Source: Raphidiopsis brookii D9
GTDB lineage: Bacteria > Cyanobacteriota > Cyanobacteriia > Cyanobacteriales > Nostocaceae
Assembly: GCA_000175855.1 (NCBI GenBank)
Contig: ACYB01000046.1
Coordinates: 1-32,000 of the forward strand
Length of the DNA: 32,000 nt
Reading direction: 5' to 3'
Program-made: the position numbers and the translations under genes
Notes under the pieces: generated by a model
Told to the model about the DNA's origin: nothing
The model's input: the letters and a program-made list of their open reading frames with translations, nothing else
Database searches by the model: none
Part shown: positions 18,325-27,749 of the stretch, piece by piece
Numbering within the stretch: position 1 is the stretch's first letter
How the letters are laid out: the number at the start of each line of letters is the position of its first letter

Positions 18325-21300
18325 ATGAATTATCCCACCCCCCAACACACAGTCAGTCCCTCTCAGACAAAATTGAACAATTACGTTCCCACTGTCAAAT
18401 TAATATACTCCCATCCTGGGTGTGTTGGCGAGGTGACTTAGAAATTACCGATGTGATGCAATCAAACTTCCTCCATTGGCAACCCATACAGTTAAATGAC
18501 AAACAACAGGTGGTTTGGAATCAAGGAAAGCACATACTCTGGCTAGGACAAAAGTTCACTGTCCCAGAAAGCTTATATGATTATCCTTTAAGTGGTTTAT
18601 GTGCACGCTTATCTCTAACTTGGTGGGCAGATGCGGTTGAGGTTTATCTCAATGGTAATTTACTGTCAACAGGTGATTTATTTGATTGTTCTCCACGGTT
18701 GCTTTTAAGTCAAGGGGTAAAATCAAAAGATGAGTTTTTTATTGTATTGCGGTTGGTAAGTCCTGAACATTGTGATGGAGCTTTGATGCACTCCCAGATG
18801 ATTTTTGAATCCCGGATTGGGGATGATATAGATCCGGGTCTTATAGCTAATGAGTTGGCGATCGCCCAAACTAGGGGAAAAAATCTTTCATCAACGGAGT
18901 GGAATAGACTAGTAACAGAAATAGAAGAGTTAATAAATTTTAGCCGTGGTATAAAAACACAAGCAGAATGGAAGAGCTTGCTAGAAAAGATTCGTCAAAC
19001 TTATTTGGGAATAGACCAGTTAACAAGTATTAAGAATAATAAACTATTCTTATTGGGTCATGCCCATTTGGACTTAGCATGGCTATGGCCAGTCCAGGAA
19101 ACTTGGAAAGTAGCACAAAACACTTTTGAGTCCGTGTTAAAATTACAAACGGAATTTTCTGAGTTAATTTTTTGTCATACCACACCAGCTTTATATGCTT
19201 GGATGGAGGAACACCAGTCTTGGTTATTTACTCAAATTCAGACCCAGGTAAAATTAGGAAAATGGGAAGTGTTAGGTGGTTTTTGGGTAGAACCGGATTT
19301 GAATTTGATTTCGGGGGAATCAATAGTTAGACAACTGTTATATGGTCAGCTTTATTTTCTAGAGAAATTTGGAAAAATATCACCCATAGTGTGGGTTCCT
19401 GATACTTTCGGTTTCTGTGGAACTTTGCCTGGTTTTCTCAACCAAGCAGGGATTGAATTTTTTGTCACCCAAAAGCTCCGCTGGAATGATACCAGTCAAT
19501 TTAATTATGATTTATTTTGGTGGCAATCTCCCGATGGCAGTCAAATATTAAGTTACATGTCACCACCCATTGGAGAAACTATAGATCCAGTCAAAATGAC
19601 CGATTATCTATCTACATGGGAAAGTAAAACCGGTTTAGCAAATGCTCTTTGGTTACCCGGTGTGGGAGACCATGGTGGGGGACCGACTCGTGATATGTTA
19701 GAACTGGCAAGAAGATGGAAGAATTCCCCTATTTTCCCAGAAACAGAATTTTCCACCGCCGAAAATTATTGCCAATATCTCAAATCTTCTGTGGCAATTC
19801 TTCCTGAGAAATTGCCAGTATGGCAAGATGAATTATATCTACAATTTCATCGAGGATGCTATACCACCCATGCAGACCAGAAAAGATGGAATCGTCAATG
19901 TGAAAATCTCTTATATCAAGCAGAATTATTCTCCACCCTTGCTACTGCTATTTATGGTTTACCCTATCCCAAAACAGAACTAGAAACCGCTTGGAAAAAG
20001 GTTTTGTTTCACCAGTTCCATGACATTTTACCCGGTTCTTCCATTACCCAGGTTTACCAGGATGCTTTACCAGAATGGCAAGAAGTTCAACGGTTAGGAT
20101 CTACTCTCCTAGATAGATCTCTAAGAGCGATCGCCTGTAATATAAATTTGCCTGAACCTCCCCAACTTGACAGCATTCCGGTAATTATCTTCAACTCACT
20201 CAATTGGGAGCGTTCGGAAGTGGTTAAGATCAAACCTCCCCATGCTCAACATTGGTTAATTCACGACCTCGATGGTAATCAGCTACCATATCAAATAACC
20301 AGGGATGGTTTATTGTTTATTCCTACTATCCCTTCCATAGGATATCAAATATATTGGCTTTCTCCCGGGGATGTGGACGAAAACAAATGTGGGCAAGAGT
20401 CTTATTTAGAATTTTGTCTAGAAAATGAATATTTACTAGTTAGGGTCAATGTACAAACGGGAGATCTAGAAAGTGTATTTGACAAAATCCAATTGCGAGA
20501 AGTCCTGAAAGGAGCAGGAAACCAGCTACAAGCATTTGCGGATAAAGGACAATACTGGGATGCTTGGAATATTGACCCAGATTATCAATCTAAACCTCTA
20601 CCACCTGCTAAATTACAGTCGATTGAATGGTTAGAAAAGGGTATTATCCAACAAAGGTTGCGAGTTGTACGTCAAATTGGCAAGTCCCAATTTACCCAAG
20701 ATTATGTTTTACAAACCAATTGCCCAATCCTCAAAATTGAGAATAGTGTAAATTGGCAAGAAGATCAAGTATTGGTGAAAACCTCTTTTCTCTTAAATCT
20801 CCACAGCGACATTGCTACCTATGAAATACCCTGTGGGGTCATCCATCGTCCTACTCATCCCCATACACCATCACAACGGGCAAAATGGGAAGTACCCGCT
20901 TTAAAATGGGCAGATTTGACAGCAGATACAAATACTGGAAACTACGGTGTAAGTTTACTAAATGACTGTAAATATGGATATGACATCAAGGGTAATGAAA
21001 TGCGGTTGACTTTATTAAGAAGTCCGCACTGGCCAGACCCTCAAGCAGATCGGGGAGAACATCAGTTTAATTATGCTTTATATCCCCATACCGGTAGTTG
21101 GCAAGCAGCAGAAACCGTCAGAAGGGCATATAATTTCAATATACCATTAAATGTGCTTCTCAATCCTGAAACTAAAAAGTCACCATCACCAGTTTTTAAA
21201 AACAACAGCTTCCTCGCACTAACAGCAGATAATTTGATTATCACAGCTTTTAAAGTCAGCGAAAATGATCCACAAAGCTTTATTCTAAGATTTTATGAGT

Positions 21301-21461
21301 GTCATGGTGAATCCTCAAACTTACCAACCCTAAATTTAAAAAGTGAATTTTTTACCTTGGGCAACCCGCTTGATTTATTAGAAAGAAATATCCTTCCCAC
21401 TGTCAACCCAATTGCACCCTGGAAAATCAGCACCTTTCAGGTTCTAACCCAGGAAAGGTAA
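18325..21461 (+). CDS. GH38 family alpha-mannosidase; the first ~15-30 codons (ATG 18325) are in another frame as read (ORF-track start is GTG 18420)
   Basis: LLGHAHLDLAWLWP, WVEPDLNLISGES, GVGDHGGGP, FHDILPGSS. The frame of the main ORF is open back to 18306 and encodes ...SDKIEQLRSHCQINILPSW without an ATG. Confidence 0.9.
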
Positions 21462-21482
21462 AAGTAAACTTGCCTCAGTAGA

Positions 21483-21500
21483 AAGGGGGTAACCCCCCTT
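21483..21500. terminator. Hairpin between the convergent mannosidase and psbN genes (candidate bidirectional terminator)
   Basis: AAGGGGG (21483-21489) / loop TAAC / CCCCCTT (21494-21500) forms a perfect 7-bp GC-rich stem. It lies 22 nt after the mannosidase stop and 14 nt after the psbN stop. Confidence 0.5.
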
Positions 21501-21513
21501 ATTGATTGTGCTT

Positions 21514-21651
21514 CTAATCCTCATGATCCTCAAAAGGATCTGCTAGTTCCTTACTGGGTGGACCGAAGGATGTGTATATGGCCATAGCAGTGATAGCAAC
21601 GAGAATGGCACTGAAGGAAACACCTAGCACTAAACCGGGGTCTAAGTCCAT
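21514..21651 (-). CDS. psbN: Photosystem II protein PsbN (45 aa); not in the supplied ORF track
   Basis: The minus-strand translation is [45 protein letters not shown]. It has the single TM helix and the ...PFE(D/E)HED C-terminus diagnostic of PsbN, and it is divergent from psbH as in other cyanobacteria and plastids. Confidence 0.9.
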   Translation of the reverse strand: MDLDPGLVLGVSFSAILVAITAMAIYTSFGPPSKELADPFEDHED

Positions 21652-21898
21652 GATTTTAAAGTTATGTTATGAGATATGTTATAATATATTACAAAACTTA
21701 ACTCTAGTTAAACCTCAATTACAAAACTTTCAGTTTTCCTGCAGAACAGTCAACTACCTGACCCGGATAGTGGTATTATCTTCAATAGTCAGAATTATCC
21801 CACATGTAAGGTTAAAATACTGCTGAAATATTGCAGCACCCTACAACGGGGAATAGGAAAATTAAAAAAAAGTTTTGGCAACTGATCTTAGGTGAACT

Positions 21899-22102
21899 AT
21901 GGCACAACGGACTAAATTGGGAGATATCCTCAGACCCTTAAACGCTGAATATGGTAAGGTAGCTCCTGGTTGGGGTACAACTCCTTTAATGGCTGTTTTT
22001 ATGGGTTTGTTTTTCGTATTCTTGCTTATTATTCTGCAGGTCTACAACAAATCTTTGTTAATTCAAGACGTGCTTGTAGACTGGCGCAGTTTGGGTGGTT
22101 AA
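21899..22102 (+). CDS. psbH: Photosystem II reaction centre protein PsbH
   Basis: [50 protein letters not shown] is a near-canonical PsbH sequence. Confidence 0.95.
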   Translation: MAQRTKLGDILRPLNAEYGKVAPGWGTTPLMAVFMGLFFVFLLIILQVYNKSLLIQDVLVDWRSLGG

Positions 22103-22139
22103 TTTCTATCCCTGTCAATCAAAAACTTAGGTTGAAATT

Positions 22140-22190
22140 TCCGTCTCCGTTTACCGCTTGAGTAGAGGGGACGGATTCCTTGCATTTTTG
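22140..22190 (+). terminator. Candidate intrinsic terminator downstream of psbH
   Basis: TCCGTCTCC (22140-22148) pairs with GGGGACGGA (22167-22175) as a 9-bp stem with one G-U, followed by TTCCTTGCATTTTT. Confidence 0.5.
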
Positions 22191-22252
22191 CTGCTCCAAA
22201 AATGATCGTCAAAGTACAAGCAGTTTTATAGCTAATCTGTTAGTGAGGTTTT

Positions 22253-22504
22253 ATGAATATATTTGGTATTGGTCTACCGGAAATGGTTGTGATTGGGGTG
22301 GTGGCTTTGTTAATTTTTGGACCCAAGAAACTACCGGAAATTGGTCGCAGTTTGGCTAAAACTATTCGTAGTTTCCAACAAGCTTCTAGTGAGTTTCAAA
22401 ATGAGTTTAAAAAAGAAGTTCAACAACTGGAGGAGACTATTAAGACCACTGCTGAAATTGAACCGAAACAAATAGAGTCTAGTAAAGAGCAGAAACATTC
22501 CTAA
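22253..22504 (+). CDS. tatA: Twin-arginine translocase subunit TatA/E
   Basis: MNIFGIGLPEMVVIGVVALLIFGPKKLPEIGRSLAKTIRSFQ is the canonical TatA TM plus amphipathic helix. Confidence 0.9.
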   Translation: MNIFGIGLPEMVVIGVVALLIFGPKKLPEIGRSLAKTIRSFQQASSEFQNEFKKEVQQLEETIKTTAEIEPKQIESSKEQKHS

Positions 22505-22511
22505 TAATCGG

Positions 22512-23153
22512 ATGACAGAAATTATTACCCTACCTACTTTGGTTATCCCCCAGCTCATAGTTGGGTTGGGTAATCCTGATCCTAAGTATGACCAAACACG
22601 CCATAATATTGGATTTGCTGCTATTGATGCTCTTTCCCGTAATTGGCATATTCCCGTAACGGAAAATAGGAAGTTTCAAGGACAGTTTGGGGAGGGTTTA
22701 GCGCTGGGAAGTAAGAAAATTAGGATTTTGAAACCGCTAACCTATATGAATCGTTCTGGTGAATCTATTCAAGCAGTTACCAGTTGGTACAAGTTGCCAC
22801 CTGAATCAGTGCTGGTAATTTATGATGATATGGATTTGCCTTTGGGAAAGACCCGTCTTCGTTTATCTGGATCCGCTGGTGGACACAATGGTATGAAAAG
22901 CACTATTTCTCATTTGAATAGTCAAAACTTTCCCCGGTTACGTATTGGTATTGGTAAACCCAAGAATCTACCCAATAATTCCAATAATGATGATGGTGGT
23001 ACGGTTTCTCATGTTTTGGGAAAGTTTTCCCCCCAGGAAGCAAAATTAATTGATCCGATTTTGGCATTTGTGGTGGAATGTGTGGAATTGACCTTGAAGC
23101 AAGGGGTGGAAAAGGCCATGAACCGTTGTAATAGCTGGAATGGTGTACTTTGA
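22512..23153 (+). CDS. pth: Peptidyl-tRNA hydrolase
   Basis: GLGNPDPKYDQTRHNIGF, TYMNRSGES, GGHNGMKS. Confidence 0.95.
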   Translation: MTEIITLPTLVIPQLIVGLGNPDPKYDQTRHNIGFAAIDALSRNWHIPVTENRKFQGQFGEGLALGSKKIRILKPLTYMNRSGESIQAVTSWYKLPPESVLVIYDDMDLPLGKTRLRLSGSAGGHNGMKSTISHLNSQNFPRLRIGIGKPKNLPNNSNNDDGGTVSHVLGKFSPQEAKLIDPILAFVVECVELTLKQGVEKAMNRCNSWNGVL

Positions 23154-24391
23154 AATTGTCGTCACTACAAATTGTGGTTGTTGGAGGTGGAGCAGCGGGA
23201 TTCTTTGGTGCGATCGCCTGTGCTAAGACCAATTCTCAAGCTCAAGTCACACTTTTGGAAGCGGGTTCGGAACCTCTAGCTAAGGTACTGATTTCCGGTG
23301 GTGGACGTTGTAATGTGACAAACGCCTGTTTTGTTCCTCAAGATTTAGTCCAAAATTATCCAAGAGGGAGTAAAGCGTTACGTGGTGCTTTTAGTCGGTT
23401 TCAACCCCAGGACACAATCGCTTGGTTTGAGGAACATGGGGTGAAATTAAAGACTGAAGCAGATGGAAGGGTTTTTCCTATTACTGACCGATCTGAAACT
23501 ATTGCTGAATGCTTAATTAAGTTCGCAGCTCATGAGGGGGTAAGACTAAAAACTCGCACTTCCGTGATTTCTGTAGAGCGTCAGGATGGACAATTTAAAA
23601 AATTAAATTGCAAATCAGCTGGGGATGTGTATTCTCTGTATTGCGATCGCCTGCTTTTAGCTACAGGTAGTAGTTTAGTTGGTTATAAGATTGCTCGTGC
23701 TTTAGGACACCATATAGAGAGTCCAGTACCTTCCCTATTCAGTTTTAAAATTAACGATCCTAAACTACAGTCTTTGTCTGGAATTAGTGTTAATCCTGTC
23801 AGTTTAACGTTGTCTTTAGAGGGAAAAAGTGTCTTAAAACAAATGGGAGCCTTACTAGTTACCCATTGGGGTGTGAGTGGACCTGCAATATTAAAACTTT
23901 CCGCTTATGGTGCTAGATTGCTGTACGAAAAACGCTACCAGGGGAAATTGTACATTAATTGGTTGCCAGATTTATCCCTAGAGGAAGTAAAACAAAAGCT
24001 TTTAGATGTGAAACAAGAATGGGGGAAAAAGGCCATAGCACTCCATCGTGGTGTAGATTTACCTCACCGACTATGGCAATATTTAATTGACCGAGTAAAT
24101 ATTAGTGTGGAAGATCGTTGGGCAGAAATAAATAATAAAGTGTTAAATCAGTTGGCACAAGAAATCCATGGAGGAGAATATGTAATAACCGGTAAAGGTG
24201 AATTTAAAGAGGAGTTTGTCACCTGCGGAGGTGTAGACTTAAAAGAGGTAGATTTTAAAACCATGGAAAGTAAGATAGTCCCCGGTTTATACTTTGCAGG
24301 AGAAATTTTGGATATAGATGGCATTACGGGGGGATTTAATTTTCAAAGCGCTTGGACTACTGCATATTTAGCTGGATGTGCAATGGGATGA
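23150..24391 (+). CDS. HI0933/BaiN-like NAD(P)/FAD-dependent oxidoreductase
   Basis: VVVGGGAAGFFGAIACA dinucleotide fold, GGGRCNVTN, C-terminal GEILDIDGITGGFNFQSAWTTAYLAG. The TTG start overlaps the pth stop by 4 nt. Confidence 0.85.
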   Translation: MKLSSLQIVVVGGGAAGFFGAIACAKTNSQAQVTLLEAGSEPLAKVLISGGGRCNVTNACFVPQDLVQNYPRGSKALRGAFSRFQPQDTIAWFEEHGVKLKTEADGRVFPITDRSETIAECLIKFAAHEGVRLKTRTSVISVERQDGQFKKLNCKSAGDVYSLYCDRLLLATGSSLVGYKIARALGHHIESPVPSLFSFKINDPKLQSLSGISVNPVSLTLSLEGKSVLKQMGALLVTHWGVSGPAILKLSAYGARLLYEKRYQGKLYINWLPDLSLEEVKQKLLDVKQEWGKKAIALHRGVDLPHRLWQYLIDRVNISVEDRWAEINNKVLNQLAQEIHGGEYVITGKGEFKEEFVTCGGVDLKEVDFKTMESKIVPGLYFAGEILDIDGITGGFNFQSAWTTAYLAGCAMG

Positions 24392-24443
24392 GTTATAATA
24401 GCAGGTAATTATTAACAAGGCAATAAAATAACAGCTGTCAAAT

Positions 24444-25499
24444 ATGATATCTTTCAGCCAAGTTGTGGATAAACTCCAAAACAATATCACATCCCACAGT
24501 TTGACCTCCCATCCAGAACTCAATCCTGAAATTAGGGGAGTTGCTGCTATAGACGAAGCACAAGCGGGTACTATCACTTATGTGGAAGGACCAAAATTTG
24601 CCTCCTTGCTCACCTCCACAAAAGCTAGTGTGTTGATTTTACCCCTAGATGAAAAATTGCATCAGCAAGCAACTGCTCAAGGTATGGCCTGGTTAGCAAC
24701 ACCCCAACCCCGTCTATTATTTGCACAGACCATTTCCCTATTCTATCAACCATATAAACCCTCCCCCTCCATTCACCCCACCGCTGTAATTGACCCTAGT
24801 GTTAAAATCGGTGATCATGTCTATATTGGCGCCCATGTGGTCATACTTGCTAATACAGAAATCGGTAATGGGGTCTTTATTTATCCCAATGTAGTTATTT
24901 ATCCAGACGCAAAAATAGGCGATCGCACGGTTTTACATGCCAATTGTGCCATTCATGAACGCAGTCAAATTGGTACGGATTGCGTAATCCATAGTGGTAC
25001 TGTGATTGGTGCTGAAGGGTTTGGTTTTGTTCCCACTACAACAGGCTGGTTAAAAATGGAACAGTCTGGTTATACAGTGTTGGAGGATGGGGTAGAAATA
25101 GGTTGTAACAGCGCGGTAGATCGTCCAGCGGTCGGGGAAACACGTATTGGTAAACACACTAAAATTGACAATTTAGTGCAAATTGGTCACGGTTGTCAAA
25201 TTGGTTCAGGTTGTGCTATCGCTGGTCAAGCAGGAATGGCTGGGGGTGTAAAAGTGGGGAACCGGGTCGTTTTAGCAGGACAAACGGGAATTGCCAATCA
25301 GGTAAAAATAGGGGATGGAGTAATTGTTAGCGCCCAAGCTGGCGTTCACGGCGATATTGCATCGGGAGAAATAGTCTCAGGTTCACCCGCTCTCCCTCAT
25401 AAACTCTATTTAAAGGTCTCTGCTGTATATAGTAGGTTGCCAGAGATATATAATTTTTTTAAGCAGTTATCAAAAAATCCAGGAGAACATAAAAACTAA
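24444..25499 (+). CDS. lpxD: UDP-3-O-(3-hydroxyacyl)glucosamine N-acyltransferase
   Basis: N-terminal LpxD domain followed by a long left-handed beta-helix of hexapeptide repeats (IGDHVYIGAHVVI..., IGDRTVLHANCAI..., GAEGFGF..., IGHGCQIGSGCAI...). Confidence 0.9.
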   Translation: MISFSQVVDKLQNNITSHSLTSHPELNPEIRGVAAIDEAQAGTITYVEGPKFASLLTSTKASVLILPLDEKLHQQATAQGMAWLATPQPRLLFAQTISLFYQPYKPSPSIHPTAVIDPSVKIGDHVYIGAHVVILANTEIGNGVFIYPNVVIYPDAKIGDRTVLHANCAIHERSQIGTDCVIHSGTVIGAEGFGFVPTTTGWLKMEQSGYTVLEDGVEIGCNSAVDRPAVGETRIGKHTKIDNLVQIGHGCQIGSGCAIAGQAGMAGGVKVGNRVVLAGQTGIANQVKIGDGVIVSAQAGVHGDIASGEIVSGSPALPHKLYLKVSAVYSRLPEIYNFFKQLSKNPGEHKN

Positions 25500-25631
25500 G
25501 CCTGTTCGAAAACATTATCAGAGCGGTCTAAAACCTCCCTTGTCCCGGTGTAGAATAATCCGCACAACTTTAAATGGACGGGGGTGACTGTAAGACTAAT
25601 TTGAACAGTCACTCAGGCTTCATCACTGTGG

Positions 25632-26186
25632 TTAATCCACTCCTAACAACTCCACATCAAAAATTAGGGTGGCATTGGGTGGAATTACCCCACCCGCACC
25701 ACGGGATCCATAACCTAAATCTGGGGGAATAATTAGTTGACGACGACCACCTACTTTCATGGTACTTAGTCCTTCATCCCACCCTTTAATTACTTGTCCA
25801 ACCCCTAGTTTAAAGCTAAAAGGTTGATTGCGATCGCGTGAACTGTCAAATTTCTGACCATTCTCCAAAGTACCAGTATAATGAACTACTACTTTTTGTC
25901 CCTTTTGGGGCACCAAACCAGTACCTTCTTGTAATTCAACATACTGAAGACCGGTAGAAGTAGTGACAGTGTTAGTATCAGACATATTGTTACTCGCAGT
26001 TAAATTTTTATCTTTTTGATTATTTTCTTGGTCTTGGGTTTTGCTTTCTGTAATGATAGCTGTGGTTGTAGTTTCCGTGAGTTTGGTTGTGGTATCTTGT
26101 TTACCACCATTAATTTGTGCTATGACCAAAGCTGCAACACATACTATTATCAATACAGCACTAAGAAAAATGCCTTTCAAAATCAA
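25632..26186 (-). CDS. FKBP-type peptidyl-prolyl cis-trans isomerase with N-terminal membrane anchor and Thr-rich linker
   Basis: [12 protein letters not shown]...[42 protein letters not shown]...[33 protein letters not shown]. Confidence 0.9.
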   Translation of the reverse strand: MILKGIFLSAVLIIVCVAALVIAQINGGKQDTTTKLTETTTTAIITESKTQDQENNQKDKNLTASNNMSDTNTVTTSTGLQYVELQEGTGLVPQKGQKVVVHYTGTLENGQKFDSSRDRNQPFSFKLGVGQVIKGWDEGLSTMKVGGRRQLIIPPDLGYGSRGAGGVIPPNATLIFDVELLGVD

Positions 26187-26193
26187 CCCTCCC

Positions 26194-26517
26194 TTAACGC
26201 CAAAATTTATTTTCCAAATCCCGTATTTGACGTTCTAAACGGTCAATTCTCCCGCGTAATTCGTCAACTTCGGACTGGCGCGGAACTCCAAAATCCTGCA
26301 TCATGTTACGCAGTTGTCTTTGAACTTGTCCTTCCCAGTTCCCCTGTTCTGATTTCAATTGGTTAACAATATCATCCATTAATGTCCCCACCTGTTCAGG
26401 ATTGAGTTTTCCATCCCTGACCAGTTCATCCCCAACCTGTTTAAGTTTATCTGCTACTAGGGAAGTTGTACCTATTCCCACCATCATCAGTTGTTCTAAC
26501 CAGTTGTTGTTTTCCAT
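26194..26517 (-). CDS. Small coiled-coil protein, phasin-like (COG3937-type) hypothetical
   Basis: 107 aa. [26 protein letters not shown]...[19 protein letters not shown] resembles the phasin/PHA-granule-associated family. The assignment is tentative. Confidence 0.45.
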   Translation of the reverse strand: MENNNWLEQLMMVGIGTTSLVADKLKQVGDELVRDGKLNPEQVGTLMDDIVNQLKSEQGNWEGQVQRQLRNMMQDFGVPRQSEVDELRGRIDRLERQIRDLENKFWR

Positions 26518-26658
26518 ATATGTCTTTAGCTTTTAGGGGAAGGAGGCGAACCAGAACGCCCACCTAGCTCTATTATATATGCCCTAGACTTATCTTTCTT
26601 ATATTCATCAAATAATCGGCAACAAGTGAATGGTATATTTGTCCTGGTAATTATAATA

Positions 26659-26693
26659 ATTACTTATTACCTATCACCTATTGCCAATTACTT
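26659..26693. repeat. Tandem heptamer (STRR-type) array just downstream of atpC
   Basis: ATTACTT ATTACCT ATCACCT ATTGCCA ATTACTT: five contiguous 7-nt units. Confidence 0.7.
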
Positions 26694-26706
26694 ATGTAGG
26701 TGCTTA

Positions 26707-27655
26707 TTAGCCAAGTGCTTCCGCACCACCGACAACTTCCAGGAGTTCCTGGGTAATTGCTGCTTGACGGGCTTTATTGTAAGAAAGAGTGAGGGAACTG
26801 ATGAGTTGACCAGCATTATCACTGGCATTGCTCATTGCTGTCATTCTTGCTGCTAGTTCACTAGCTGCGGATTCTTGTAAAGCTCTTAACAGCTGATTGC
26901 TCAGATATAAAGGTAACAGGGAATCTAAAATTTGTACAGGGTCTTGCTCAAAAATCATATCCCGGGGTAGGGGTGCTACTGTGCTGGTAACTTTTTCCCG
27001 TTCTACCTCAAATTTGCCCCCACGAGTTGTTAGTCGGAATATCTCGTCATCGGAGGTTTCAAAACCTTGAGTATCCAAGGGTAACAGGGTTTGGACTACC
27101 GGACGGGAACTGACTAAAGAAACAAAACGAGTGTAAACTAATTCGATTCTGTCTACCTTTTCTGATAAAAACAGAGAAAGTAACTCGTCAGCTATATTTG
27201 TAGCCTCGGTAGCAGTGGGAATTTGTTCTAGACCGCTGTAGGTGGCATCGATTTTGTAACCCCGTCGTTGGAAGTATTGATTAGCTTTACGACCTACAAT
27301 AACAAAGGTAACATCCAAACCCTCAGCTTTTAATTCCTTGGCTCGGTTTTCTGCTCGTCGGATGACGTTGGAATTGTAACCACCACATAGCCCTCTATCA
27401 CCGGAAACTACTAATAAACCAACAGACTTTACTTCCCGTTTTTTCAGTAGAGGTAGATCTACATCCTCAAATTTTAACCGAGTTTGTAAACCATACAACA
27501 CTTGTGCTAAACGGTCAGCAAAGGGACGAGTGGCAATTACCTGTTCCTGGGCACGACGCACCCTAGCCGCAGCTACTAGCCGCATAGCTTCGGTGATTTT
27601 TTTTGGTGTTCTTGACCGACTGAATGCGATCGCGTATTGCTTTAAGATTAGCCAT
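26707..27655 (-). pseudogene. atpC: ATP synthase F1 gamma subunit, interrupted as read by one extra A in an A8 run near the 5' end (probably an intact gene with a homopolymer length error)
   Basis: ATG at 27655 encodes [19 protein letters not shown] and then shifts. The ORF-track piece starts [16 protein letters not shown]. With A7 the reading ...[18 protein letters not shown] is restored, giving a 315-aa gamma subunit. Confidence 0.9.
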
Positions 27656-27660
27656 AATTT

Positions 27661-27749
27661 AGTCCTTAGTCATTAGTTCTTGGTTATTGATGATTAGTTT
27701 TGGGAATTACCAATCACCAATCACCAATTACCGATTACACTGCGATTAC
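27661..27749. repeat. Two abutting tandem heptamer arrays in the atpA-atpC spacer
   Basis: AGTCCTT AGTCATT AGTTCTT GGTTATT GATGATT AGTTTTG (27661-27702), then GAATTAC CAATCAC CAATCAC CAATTAC CGATTAC ..CGATTAC (27704-27749). Confidence 0.75.

Noticed and set aside
21572-21826. 84-aa plus-strand ORF from the track
   Set aside because: It runs antisense to the clearly recognisable psbN and then through the AT-rich psbN-psbH promoter spacer. Its sequence is low-complexity with no known motif.
21970-22161. 63-aa ORF in an alternative frame of psbH
   Set aside because: It overlaps psbH, whose own frame gives a near-canonical PsbH protein.
25584-25612. Hairpin GTGACTGT...ACAGTCAC between convergent lpxD and the FKBP gene as an intrinsic terminator
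   Set aside because: It has an 8-bp stem, but the loop is 13 nt and neither side has a U-tract. It is too weak to call as a feature.
22331-26856. Antisense ORFs 22331-22558, 22903-23232, 24368-24577, 26016-26366, 26041-26238 and 26626-26856
   Set aside because: They shadow tatA/pth, pth/the flavoprotein gene, lpxD, the FKBP gene and atpC respectively. None shows independent support.
8583-27604. Programmed ribosomal frameshifting as the primary explanation for the A8 tracts in the AlbA_2 gene and atpC
   Set aside because: The same kind of break occurs at four other, shorter runs (A4, A5, T5) that are poor slippery sites, and in both directions. A common technical cause is more parsimonious. 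Slippage is kept only as a conditional hypothesis if the run lengths are confirmed.
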